Below are positions 1 through 12,259 of a stretch of 64,000 nucleotides of DNA, in pieces; position 1 is the stretch's first letter; the number at the start of each line of letters is the position of its first letter. Made by a program: the position numbers and the translations under genes. The stretch is from assembly GCF_009914755.1 (NCBI RefSeq), contig NC_060927.1; one strand, written 5' to 3'. Below the pieces are notes generated by a model. The model was not told the origin of the DNA. It did not search any database and was given only the letters and a program-made list of their open reading frames with translations. This stretch comes from the human T2T-CHM13v2.0 reference genome, Homo sapiens.

Positions 1-819
1 GGCATCCCCACCCAGCTCAGAAATAAATAACAAGGTTTTTTTGTTTGTTTTATTTGTTTTTGTTTTTAAGATTCAAAGTGATACAGAAAGCACGTAAGGA
101 TGATATGGGAGCTAACCTACCCTTTCATTGATGCGGAGGTTTGGATGGCATGCGGACGGTCTGGATGGCATGCGGACGGTCTGGCAGGGCCTCAACGATT
201 TCCTAATTGTCAAGGAGAACTTTTTTTTAAATTTTAACTTTCTGGTTATCTATGTTTTTGTAAAGAGAAGTTCATTTTACTCTATTATGACGATTAAGCG
301 AAGAGAGCCTCCATTCTGGCTGAGGAGTGCTCTTCAGAGAATTACTCCTCTTACCCCAGCACACGCCCACACGAAACTAGCAGACAGATTTGTACATAGT
401 GGCTCTTTGACCACAGAGAGTCAGACCAGCATTAAGTCCTCACCAAAGTGAGGTAATCAGATTCTCCTTATTGGAAGGTTGAGGGGTCTGAATTCAGAGA
501 AGCCCTACTATATATACCAGTTTCCTTGAGCAGAGAATATGTGAATTTGGGATGCAAAGTGACCATTTTTTACCTTGTGCAAAGAGAAGGAAAGGGTCAG
601 ATGGAGAAAAACAAAAGTAGGAGGTGAGTGTGCTGAGTGAAGAACAGAAGAGAAACAACATAGCCTGAGAAGGAGACTTCCCAGAGTGGCCACCTGGGTT
701 TCCAATAGCCTCTAGTTTCTAGTTCTTGCTTCCCATGAGGCATGACTGTACTTCTTGTCCTGTTTCCCTGGGGCTCCCATGTATCCTTCCTGTTTGACAT
801 AAACTGGTTTGAATGATTT

Positions 820-1270
820 GGCAACTGCTATCTGCTGTTTCTCCAATCTTTATTCTCCCCTTCTTCCTGACTAGTTGAAACCCAGTTTTATTCAGAGCAG
901 GTAAAAAGACCACAAAATTGGAGGTCACTGGAATTTTCAAGAAGTTTCTTAAAGAGGGTAGACTAAGTTAGAAGGCATGCCATTTTGCCCTTTCTCTTTC
1001 CTTCTCATTGTGTGGAAAGCAGGCATGATTGCTGGAGTTCCAGCAGCCACTTGTGATCATATGGCAACCATAAGGAGTGAAGCCAGTGCTAAGGATGATG
1101 GAGCAGAGGAACAAAAGGACCTAGGCCCCTGGCAACAAGGTAAAGCTTTCTTGTGAACCCAAGACTGTCACCTTCCATGTGTTATGTTATGTGCAGAAAA
1201 ACAGACTTCTAATTTGCTGGAGTCACTAGGGTTTTTATTAGTAGCAGCCAGATGCAATTCTAAATGTCAC
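820..1270 (+). mobile_element. ERVL-MaLR solo LTR, MLT1J/K-like (old, diverged)
   Basis: Motifs 'gctggagttccagcagccacttgtgatcat', 'gctaaggatgatggagcagag' and a 3' end 'gcagccagatgcaattctaa' resemble old MLT1 LTR consensus. Confidence 0.65.
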
Positions 1271-1823
1271 CAATGGCTGTTAGTTCCTTGCTGCCAATCC
1301 TGAACACAGTTTCACATATCTTATTACAAATTCTACCAAATATTCCCATGGATGTTGTGAGCAGTGGCTGCATCATGTGCTATCCATATGAAACACTCTT
1401 CAAAGAACAAAGGAAGATAATGCAGTTTCTGTACCATCTGCAGCTTCTTAGTTCAGTGCTGGTGGATGTGACCTAGGAGGCTTGTGATGGGTTAGTCCTC
1501 CTCATCCTTCTCGTCCTCCTCCTCCTCCTCCCATTTTCTTTCTCTTTACAAGGAGGGAGGGCAGATCCACATGACCAGTGGTATGCCAGGCCTAGATTAA
1601 CTTCTTGAGTTATTGCCAACATCTAGAGAAACAACACTTTTCATCCTAAGGCTACTAAGCATAGTGTACTTATACAGGAAGTACAGATTACAAACTAATT
1701 TTGCTCCAATCCCCCACTTCACATTGAAAGACCTACCTTAAACTCAACTTCAAAATCTCAAGAAATGTCCCAACTGCCCTTCCTACTCTGAGACACCATC
1801 AGGCTCTGTCAAGGTAGCATTCT

Positions 1824-2129
1824 TTTTTGTTTTTGTTTGTTTGTTTTGAGACAGAGTCTCGCTCTGTTGCCCAGGCTGGAGTGCAGTGGCTCAATCTTGG
1901 CTCACTGCAACCTCCGCCTCCTGGGATAAAGTGATTCTCATGCCTCAGCCTCCCAAGCACCTGGAATTACAGGTGCATGCCACAATATCTGGCTGATTTT
2001 TACACTTTTAGTAGAGACAGGGTTACATCATATTGGCCAGGCTGATTTCAATCTCATGGCCTCAAGCGATCCACCCACCTCAGCCTCCCAAAGTGCTGGA
2101 ATTACAAGTGTGAGCCACCGTGCCTAGCC
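1824..2129 (-). mobile_element. AluS (Sx/Sz-like), full length
   Basis: Complete dimer in antisense; 13-bp TSD aaggtagcattct at 1811-1823 and 2130-2142. Confidence 0.97.
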
Positions 2130-2309
2130 AAGGTAGCATTCTCTTTTACCATAGTAAGCAACAAACTCAAGCTTTATCAACAAGTTGTTTTGGGGATATT
2201 GTGGGAAGCAGCATTCAAAAAGATAAAGACTAAAAGGGAACAGGCAAAAATTAAATCCATTATTGAGTGACAACAATGTGACTTTTTCTGTAAAAGGCAT
2301 TGACTTGGG

Positions 2310-2712
2310 TACAACTGGGAAAAATAATGTTAGATAACTATGAAATTGTTAATTTTCTTAAGTGCAATTATGGCATTTGAATGAATGCCCTTATTCCTCT
2401 TAGGGGAAGTGTGCTTAAGCATTTAGGGGTGAAGTGTCATGTCTGCAACTTACTTTCAAAACAACAAGAAAAATATATATAAATTTTTCAAGAATATAGA
2501 AAGAAAGAACTTGAATATGGCACATTTGCATACATAGGGAGAGAAGGAGAGGAGAGAGTGAACAAATAAGACATATATAGGGGGAAGGAGAGAGGCAATG
2601 CAAATATAGCAATATGTGAACAATTGTTGAAAACTAGGTGGAGGATATATGGTTTTTTACCATTTCACTTTTTCCTTATGTGTGAAAATATTGAGGTAAT
2701 AAAACAGTTGAG
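2310..2712 (+). mobile_element. L1MC/L1ME 3' end fragment
   Basis: 'atttaggggtgaagtgtcatgtctgcaacttactttcaaa' and 'aacaattgttgaaaactaggtggagg' match old L1 3' UTR. Confidence 0.6.
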
Positions 2713-3032
2713 GGAAAAAGAGGTTGAGGGGGAGAAAATAGCCTCATTCTCCACATGGAGATCAGGTAATTTTGTTATTTATCTTAGAGACAAAAAAAGA
2801 TTAACCTTTTCTCCAAATAGAGACTAAATAACTTTGTTATTTATTTCTCTAGCCTTTTCTCATGAGTGGAGGCATTTCGAGTTAATCACCAAGCATACAA
2901 ACTATAATAATTTCAACCTTAACCAGAAGGATTCTTTTTTTAATGACCCTTTTCAGGACTGTTATATAGTTACACAAACTGTGTCCCATTGACATAGGCA
3001 ACTTTGTGAAGATCACCCCAGGAGCTGACAAG

Positions 3033-3116
3033 AAGGATGACCAATGCATCCCAGTTTGCCCAGTGCTGGTCCCAGGTCCAGCACTGACAGTCCCGCCTCT
3101 ACGGTTGGTCTCCCCA
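3033..3116. mobile_element. MER81-like hAT-Blackjack MITE
   Basis: Degenerate TIRs 'aggatgaccaa...' and '...cggttggtctcccca', with internal 'ccagtttgccc...agcactgacagtcccgc'. Confidence 0.65.
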
Positions 3117-3789
3117 TGTGCACGGCAGAGGGCCCTGGCTGTGTTTTACAATGTTGAACAATGATGCAAAATTTAGCCCCAAAAGTGACATCAATAGCAG
3201 GGACATTCCTCAGGAACCATGACTTAGCCTTTACTGGACAAAAACTGAAGAAGTCTCCTCAAAGCCTCCAATATATGGAGAACAAAAGGCCAACACCAGG
3301 AGCCCCACTGGTGAAACTTATTGTTGATACTGCTGCCTTTCTGTGGTTCAAAGAGGAGTGTGTTCTCCTCTTAGTACTTATAAACAATTCCATCTTCCCT
3401 CATCCTTGCCTGCCTCCAACCCTGGGAATAATGTAAGAGACCTGGAGAAGCTAAGCCATTTGCCCAAGGTCCCAGAGCTTTTAAGGGCAGGGGCAGGATT
3501 TGAGACCAGGTTTGTCTGAGTTCCTACTTCTAATCACTTCATTCCCTTCCAGCTCATCACATTCATGAGCAATGAGTTCACCTTGCTAGTTTTACCCTCC
3601 CATGGAGAGCCTGCATTTTTATAGGAATTTATAAAGACAGAAACCCCTATGGGACCCCAAGAAAGGAATGTGGCATTTCCAGCAGTACAGAGCCATGGGA
3701 ACCTCCATGCCACTGTCAGATGGGCATCCTGCCCATGGCACAGTTCCTGTGACAGAGTGGTTGAGAGCCACACTTTACTGTGAGATGAA

Positions 3790-3975
3790 CTTGGGTTTAG
3801 AAGCTGGCTTTGCCTCCAAAAGCAGGGACCTTGGACAAGACATTGAAACCTCCCTAAACCATAGTTTCCCCATGCGTAAAAGGGGGATAATAATAGTACC
3901 TATATCATAAGATTGTTGTGAATTTAAAACAAATAGATAATCCACTTAGAGTGGAGCCTGGACCACTGTAAGGGG
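3790..3975 (+). mobile_element. MIR
   Basis: MIR core 'gaccttggacaag...agtttccccatgcgtaaaagggggataataatagtacc'. Confidence 0.8.
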
Positions 3976-5345
3976 ATCTGTAGAAGAACACTCCTTCTAA
4001 GATGTCTGCAATACTGAGTGCAAACTGCGGGTTCCATTTTCTTCATAAGATAAATGAACCCGTTTAATTTTCTTTATAAGTTAAACTAACACATTTAATG
4101 TATATACACCTTATTGAAGCCAAGTCTCACAGGGTTTAAACTGAGAGTGGGGTAATATTTTTAACATTCCAATATTTTTAAATTAGAGTTTTAAAATTCA
4201 GTCTTTGAGTCTTTTGAAAGAACTTAAGGGTGATCAAATATAATTCTGAATAATCTTTCTAGTATCCTGTTGTCTCTCCTCTCTGTTTTAATGAACCTTG
4301 GAGTCCCCCAGCCTTTCAGTAGCTCACCCCAAACCCTGCCCTCATCCCCAACCCAGCAGCTCTGAGTCATTCTCTCCCAGTGCAGATGTTGACCACCCCT
4401 TCTCTCCTCCCCTTCCCAGCCTCTTCCCCATTCCCTTCCCGCTCCTCCTCTTCCAGTTTCTTTAGCTCCATCCTGCATTGTCCATCCTCTGATTTTACAG
4501 GGAAAGGGTCTAAGACTTAAATATATTTCTGAGAAACATACTGATGTATGTGGATGTGAAATAACATGACATTTGGGATCTGTTTTCAAACTTTGGAGAA
4601 TAAAAGGGATAAATGAAATATATATCGCAAAATCTTGACAATTGTTGAACCTGTAGTGAGAAGTGTGATTTTTGTTTTTAACTATTCTCTATGCTTTTGT
4701 GGAAGTCAGAAAATTTTCACAATAAAAAAATTAAGTCTTGGAATCAATGTGGCAGAAGGACTCTCCACAAAGTGGGAGGTGAGAAAGGGAAGACGCAGGA
4801 GAGAAGCAAGCAGCTCGCTGGTTCAGTAGACGCTTAAGAAGCGGGGGGAGGAAGGACATTTGCTGCCATTTCAATATTAATCTATTTTGCCTGAAGGGGT
4901 CTGGAAAACCTCCCAAACTATAACCTGTGGTTGCCCCTGGTGAGTGAGTTTGGGGAAAAGGGAGAAGCTCTGACTTTTTACTTACTACACTAATGTAATA
5001 GTATTTATTAAAAAAAAAAAGCAACTAAAAGAAAAGCTTTTGCACTGTATCATGAAGTCTATCTCCTGTAACTTCTACACACTTGGTCTAGTCCATCATC
5101 AATCAAGAGCTCTTCAAATAACTGAAGATTATTATGGAACCCCATGTTGAATGAGGAGCATTTAATGGACATGTGAGGTCCAAGGACCTTGCTTTTAAAT
5201 TCTACTTAATAACATATGCTTTGCATGTTGTACATGTTCAATAAATGCTTTAATGTAATCATTGCCCTTTTCAGGGGATATTTTTGTAGCGTGGTTGTTA
5301 CCTTCTTAAAATGTGATTCTAAAAATTGGATAGAACTCTTTATAT

Positions 5346-5568
5346 CAGTGGTTCTTAACTTGGGGTGGTGTGGGACGGGGGCGGTGATTTTGCCTCCCAG
5401 AGGACATTAGGTGATGTCCGGAGACATCCTTGATGGTCATGACTTGAATGGTGGGGAGGGTAAAGTCTCCTAGTGGACAGAGGCCAGGGATCCTAGAAGG
5501 TGCAGGACAGCACCCACAACGAAGAATTATCTGCGAAGTGTCATTAGTACCAAGGGTTAGGAATTCTG
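5346..5568 (+). mobile_element. MER20 hAT-Charlie DNA transposon
   Basis: Starts cagtggttcttaac and ends ggaattctg; internal 'ctagtggacagaggccagggat', 'cacaacgaagaattatc'; degenerate 8-bp TSD ctttatat/ccttatgt. Confidence 0.9.
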
Positions 5569-6101
5569 CCTTATGTTCATCTCTGTCCACAGTCCAGTAA
5601 AACCATTGTATTTTAAGATCAGGACACTTTCTAAAATGCAGTTCATTTTGTTGCCCATTTTCATGATTCTATCACATTCTTGCTTCACATCACACTTGAT
5701 GCTGAACACAACCTTCCCCCACAAGGAATGACCCTGGGCCTCCTCCACCACCCTACACATATAACATGGATTCTTTGAACCAAAATGAAAGCTTCCTTTC
5801 TTTCCTTAAATACCACCTTGATTTCATTCAGTGGGAATTATTTTCCACATGGGATATAAGTTTTTCCTTCATGCTTTGGAGCCATAAATAATTAGATAAG
5901 CAGTCTTACGGTACCGTGTTAAAACTGACAGAAAAGTATTGACTAGAAAAGGGCCAAAGTTATGTGTTTTGTGGCATATCAAAAATGACCCTCAGCAGAT
6001 GGACACAGACATGAGTCACTCCGTTGCATGCACTGTGTCCAACCAGAATTGACAGGAAAACTGCCATTCAAGTGAGGGACCGTCTCACTGGTAATGGTAT
6101 C

Positions 6102-6524
6102 TGCTGTAGATGGAATTGTGTTCCTCCAAAATTTCATATGTTGAAGCCCTAACCCCCAGTGTCATGGTATTTGGAGATGGGGCATTTGGGAGATAATTAG
6201 GTTTAGAAGAGGGCATGAGAGTGGGGCCCCCTGATGAGATTAGTGCCCCTATAAGAGACTAATGGGCAGCATTTTAGACAGTGTCCTGATCTTAGTGCCC
6301 ACTAAGAGACCAAAGAACTTGCTTCCTCTGTCTTGCTGCCGTGTGAGGATACAGGAAGAAGGTGGTCATCTGCAAGTCAGGAAGGGAGCCCTCACCAAGA
6401 ACTAAATCTGCTGGTACCTTGATCTTGGACTTCCCAGTCCCCAGAACTGTGAGAAATAAATGTCCGTTGTTTAAGCCACCCTTTCTATGGTATTTTTTTA
6501 ATAGTAGCTAAGCTGATTAAGACA
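6102..6524 (+). mobile_element. MLT1A0-like MaLR solo LTR
   Basis: TG...CA ends; 'tcatatgttgaagccctaacccccagtgtcatggtatttggagatggggc', 'agaactgtgagaaataaat...tttaagccacc'. Confidence 0.9.
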
Positions 6525-7163
6525 GTAGTCTTTGGCACTCTGGAAACATTTTCCTATTTCTGCCATTTGTAGATCTAATAACCCTATGAAAATGTGCAAC
6601 CTAAGATTTCTTCACAGGGCACTTCTCACTCGTTTAAATTTCAGGAAAGGTCCTCTCCATGGCTACCTTGTCTGTTTGTAGTATCTCATTGAATCCATGC
6701 TACTGTTGATACAAGACACACCATTATTTTGTATGCTATGAAAAAAAAAGAGATGCTTCCCAATGTCGTAATATTAAGAGATGTACAAAAAAATCTCAGT
6801 TTTAAAGTTGTTGAAATTTTTTATGTGTATTTTGGAATTGAGGAACATAATGGCCCTGACTACAAGTTGTGGCTCTAGGAGGGAGATAGAAACAAATATT
6901 TTTAGATCATTGTATTTGTTCTAAAGCTGAATCTCCTAGTCCTACTCTAGTTCACATTTAGAGTTGCCCTTTCCTTGGTGGTGTGAATGCGGGCAGAGAG
7001 ATCACTGTGATATCCCTATGTGTTGGGGGAAAGGACCATGAAAGTACTGCCCAGTAAAGTTTCAACATGCTACTCATCTTGCTTTCTGGACAGACCGATG
7101 CTGTGAGAGTTGTCTGTGTCTGACTAGTGAATTTAATGAAATAGGGCCCTTCTCATTCCTGGC

Positions 7164-7307
7164 TTAAAGCAGAAGTGTTCTCTTGTAAGTAGCTACAAAA
7201 GAAAGAGTCTGGAAATAAGGGAGCAGAGGTGATTCATGATGAATGGGAACCAGCACGGAGCTCTTATATATTGTAAACCTCCCAGAACAATCCACACCAG
7301 AAACCGA
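7164..7307 (+). repeat. Copy A of a 144-bp local direct repeat
   Basis: Ungapped match to 8940-9083 with about 15 mismatches (manual alignment). Confidence 0.95.
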
Positions 7308-8939
7308 GCTCAGAAGCTGCATTATCCCCCAGATTCTCTCAGGCAGGAACTCACACTCAGATCCAGAATCTAAATTAACAGAAGCTCAGAGGTTCTCTGT
7401 CCTGGAGGGAAGCACAACTTGAGAATGAATTCATTCTGCTGCTACTGGGGAAGCAGTGAGGCTTCCTGCTCAGTTTTCTTCTGACACATAGTTAAAAACC
7501 AATTCATGATTCTGAGGCCCTATGTGCTGAGGAAGCCTCTGCATTTGCTGGTGAGCTGTTCTATTCTCAGCTTCCCTGCAGGGGCCTGTAGGAAGCAGGG
7601 ATTCCCAGGAGGAAAACCCTCCCGAGGCTTTGCTGCAATTGGAGCCTCAGGAAGCAGGTTAATTTTTGAGCATTCTCCTTCTAGAGTCTCTCACAAAAGA
7701 ATCTAGTTGGTGCTATTTTGAGAGGCCCAGGCTGGACCCAAGGATCTTTCTTCCCTGCTGTTCAGGCCCCCTCAGGTCGAGTGGGCAAGATCCCCCCACC
7801 TGCAGCAAGTGGGAGCATTCTCACTTCTGAGCCCTCATTTTGGGTGGCAGCGGCCTCTCGCTTTCTGAGAAGCACACTGCACCTCACCATTTTGCCCTTG
7901 GGGCAGCAGAAGAAATCAACATCATTAAAGCCTCACATCTTCTAAACCCCCAGCTTCACCTTGACACTAACAACACTGGCAGCTACAAAAATCCATGGTC
8001 AGGGGCTTCCTCCTGCTTCCAGAGCTCTGGTGTGCACACGCAATCTCACAGCTTTGCCTGCACACACGTCTCTGCTGGGAAGCTGCCCGTGGCACGAGGC
8101 AAGGGGACCCTCTGTGGTGGATTGTTCCTTTGCCATCACCACTTAGGGGTTTTTGTATCTTTAATTTCATTATAATATTGTCAACTTACCAAACAAGCCA
8201 AAAACCTGCAATAGAAGCATTTTAAATGTTTAACAACATCTCTCTTCTCAATGTAACAATCCCCAAAGATAAATCTAGGAGAGCATTCAAGGTGGGCAGG
8301 CAGGGAAGAAGGCACCACGTCATAATAGCACTTGAATGTCACACTGCAGCTGGCCAGCAGCATCGATCGCTGGTGGTCATTTTGGAAATTTGGGGGAGAA
8401 CTTTGAATTTTATCATGACAGGAAAGGGGGCTCCTGGCCTTTAGTGGATGGGCTCCTGTTCCAAACAAGAATTTTCCTGCATTGTGGATGATGTATGAAT
8501 GTAACAATAGATGTTCATGTGAATGACAGGCCTTTATATGTACACAAAACCCAGCTTGAGCACAAAATATTTTTTTGCAAGTTTTTAACTTTTTTGGAAA
8601 TACAGCTAGCATGTAAATGCACAGAAGGTTATACTTTGTTTTGTACAGAATTTTACCAGGGGGTGTTCACTATTTTGGAAACATCACACAGCAAGTTTGA
8701 GATCCTGAGACAGTCGGTTTGTGTACCTGTGACCTTCCCTGTTGTTCAATGTGCAACTACAAACATCTGACTCCTTCATGTCTTCTAGTGTGATTGTGCC
8801 TGGGCACTTACATGTTGAAATATATATTTTTATATATATATATATAAAATATATATATTTCAGAAACTACTTCCCTTTTACTTCTTATAATATAGTTAAG
8901 ACACTACATTGGTATTTTAAAAGTATGTGTAGAAGTAGA

Positions 8940-9083
8940 TTGAAGCAGAAATGCTCCCTTATAAGTAGCTACAAAAGAACAAGTCTCGAAATAAGGGAGC
9001 AGAGGTGATTCATGATGAATGGGAACCAGCACAGAGCTCAAATATATTGCAAACCTTCCAGAACAATCCACACCAGGAACTGA
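8940..9083 (+). repeat. Copy B of a 144-bp local direct repeat
   Basis: Ungapped match to 7164-7307. Confidence 0.95.
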
Positions 9084-9134
9084 ATTACCGATGAAGCAAA
9101 CTTAATCTTGAATTTTATCTTGAGATAGAAAAGA

Positions 9135-9759
9135 GGTTATCCATTTTCTATTGTATAGAACAAATCACTGCACATTTAGTGGTTTAAAAACCACACAAAT
9201 TCATTATCTCCAGTTCCTGGGGTCCAGCATCCAACACAGCTTTAGCTGGGTCCTCTGCTCAGGACTCACAAGGCTAAATTAGTTAAGGTGTTCACTGGCT
9301 GTGTCCTCATCTGGAGATTAACTAGGAAAAGATCTTCTTCCAAGCTCACTCAGGTTATCGGCAACGTTTACTTCCCTATGGTTGTAGGACTGAGGGTCCT
9401 GATTCCTTACTGGCTGTCATCAGGGGCTGCTCTCAACATCTGGGAGCTGCCTGCCTGCATGTCCTTCCAGGGGGCTCCTTCTGTAGACACTCCCGCAACA
9501 TGGCAGTTTGTTTTGTCCCAGCCAGATGAAAGCATCTAATACTTCACTTTCTTACAAAGGTCAGGCCCACTCAAGATCATGTCCTTTTTCATTAACTCAC
9601 AGTCAATTGATTAGTAACCTAATCATGGGAGTGGTACCGTGGCTGTCATATTCATGTTCCTGCCTACACTCAAGGGGAGGGGATTAGGGGATTATACGGG
9701 GCGAGTACCTGGGGTGGGGTCAGAATCTTAAGGGCCATCTTAGGATCCTGCCCACCATA
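9135..9759 (-). mobile_element. MLT1E-like MaLR solo LTR
   Basis: Antisense LTR motifs 'tagctgggtcctctgctcagg', 'ttccaagctcactcagg', 'ttgtaggactgagg', 'ggccatcttaggatcctgcccaccata'. Confidence 0.8.
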
Positions 9760-10184
9760 AGCTGCAAACAAACATCTATTATCAACGGGGGCACTGAATC
9801 TCACAGAACTGAGGAACATTGCATGCTACCAAAGGAGTTTTTCACATACATTAATCTTACTTAAGCTACAAAGCCACCTCTTCAGGTAGGTAATTAATTT
9901 TTTATCTACCTTCCCCGAAGCCAGTGTGGATTACCGCTTATGCAAACTTAAAAAATGCTTAGGGCACCAGCACAGCAGGAGCACCAAAAAAGAAAAAGAG
10001 AAAATCTGTTTCAATAAACTCATCTGGAATTTGCAAAATCTAAAGATTTAAGGGGAATAAAGCTATTATAATGCTAGAGTGTGTGGAAATTTTTGGTTTT
10101 AATATTTTAGCATTTTTAATTTTAAAAAATCTCCTCATTGCTTATCGCCTCTAAATTAATTCACCCCACCCTTCCATTTTACAG

Positions 10185-10395
10185 CTAATATTCATTTAGC
10201 AATTACTATGTGCCTGGGATTATTTTAAGAATTTTACACAAAATAATCCAATCCTAACAAAAACCCAGTGGGGTAAGTTGTATTGTTCCCACTTTGCAGG
10301 TGAGGAAGACAAAGTGAGTGGGCTCAGTAACTCGCCCGAGTCACAGAGTCAAAGCAGGAGCTGGACCCAGATAGTCCAGAGCTCATGCTCGTACA
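10185..10395 (-). mobile_element. MIR
   Basis: 'cccactttgcaggtgaggaa...gtaactcgcccgagtcacag' is the antisense MIR core. Confidence 0.75.
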
Positions 10396-11109
10396 CACTT
10401 CACTTCGCTATCCTGAATAAAAAAACCAAGACTCCAGGAGGGCTGCAGCTTCGTCCAAGGTGTCGTGACTTGCCCACAGCCACCCTCTTGGCAAATGACC
10501 CAGTAAACTCCACCTCCAGCTCCTCTACCTCCAGAGCCTGTGTCTGTATGTCTTCCTTTTGGAGCTTTCTTTCTTGGTATTCTTTATGTTTCAATTTTTA
10601 AAATGATAGTCAAATATACACAACTTGAATTTTGGCCATTTTAACCATTTTAAGTGTCTATTCGGTGGTGTTAATTACATTCACAGTGTTGTGCAATCAT
10701 TACCACTATCCATTTCCAAAAAATGTTTCATCAACACAAGCAGAAATGCTGTAGCCATTAAGCAGTAATTATCCATTCCTACCTTCTTCAACCCCTGGGA
10801 ACCACTAATCTACTTTCTGTCTCTATGAATTTGCCTGTTCTAGGTATTTCATATAAGTAGAATCATATAATATTTGTCCTTTTGTGGCTAACTTATTTCA
10901 CTAGTATAATGTCTTCAAAGTTTACTCATATGGTAGCATCTATCAGAACTTTATTTGTTTTATGGCTGAATAATATTCCATTGTATGGTATATCACATTT
11001 TGTTTATCCATTTATCTGTTGATGGACACAGGTTGTTTCCTTCCACTTTTTGGCTATTGCAAATAATGCTGCAATGAACGTTGGCACACAAGTATCTGTT
11101 TGAGTCTGT

Positions 11110-11133
11110 CTTTCTTTTCTTTTTTTTCTTTTT

Positions 11134-11164
<31 letters not shown>

Positions 11165-11462
11165 TGTTGCAAGACAGGGTCTTGCTCTGTCACCGGGGCT
11201 GGAGTGTAGTGGCCCTATCATATCTCACTGCAGCCTCAACCTCCTGGACTCTTAAGCAATTCTGCTACCTCAGTCTTCCGAGTAGCTAGGTCTTCAGGTG
11301 CACAACACCACGCTGTGCTAATTTTTTGTTTTTTAGTTTTTTTGTAGAGATGAGGTCTTGTTATGCTGACCAGGCTGGTCGCAAACTCCTGGGCTCAAGA
11401 AATGCTCCTGCCTCGGCCTTCCAAAGTGTTGGAATTACAGGCATGAGCCACTGTGCCCTGCC
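11110..11462 (-). mobile_element. AluJ with (CAAG)n tail microsatellite
   Basis: J-type 'cactgcagcctcaacctcctgg', 'ctgggctcaag'; (cttg)n at about 11134-11163. Confidence 0.93.
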
Positions 11463-11534
11463 TGTTTGGGTTTCTATTTTCAATTCTTTGGTGTATATAC
11501 CTAGACATGGAATTGCTGGGTTATATAAAAATTA

Positions 11535-12259
<725 letters not shown>

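Noticed and set aside
7164-9083. Paired LTRs of an unknown retroelement
   Set aside because: No TG...CA termini, TSD, primer-binding site or retroviral coding remnant recognised
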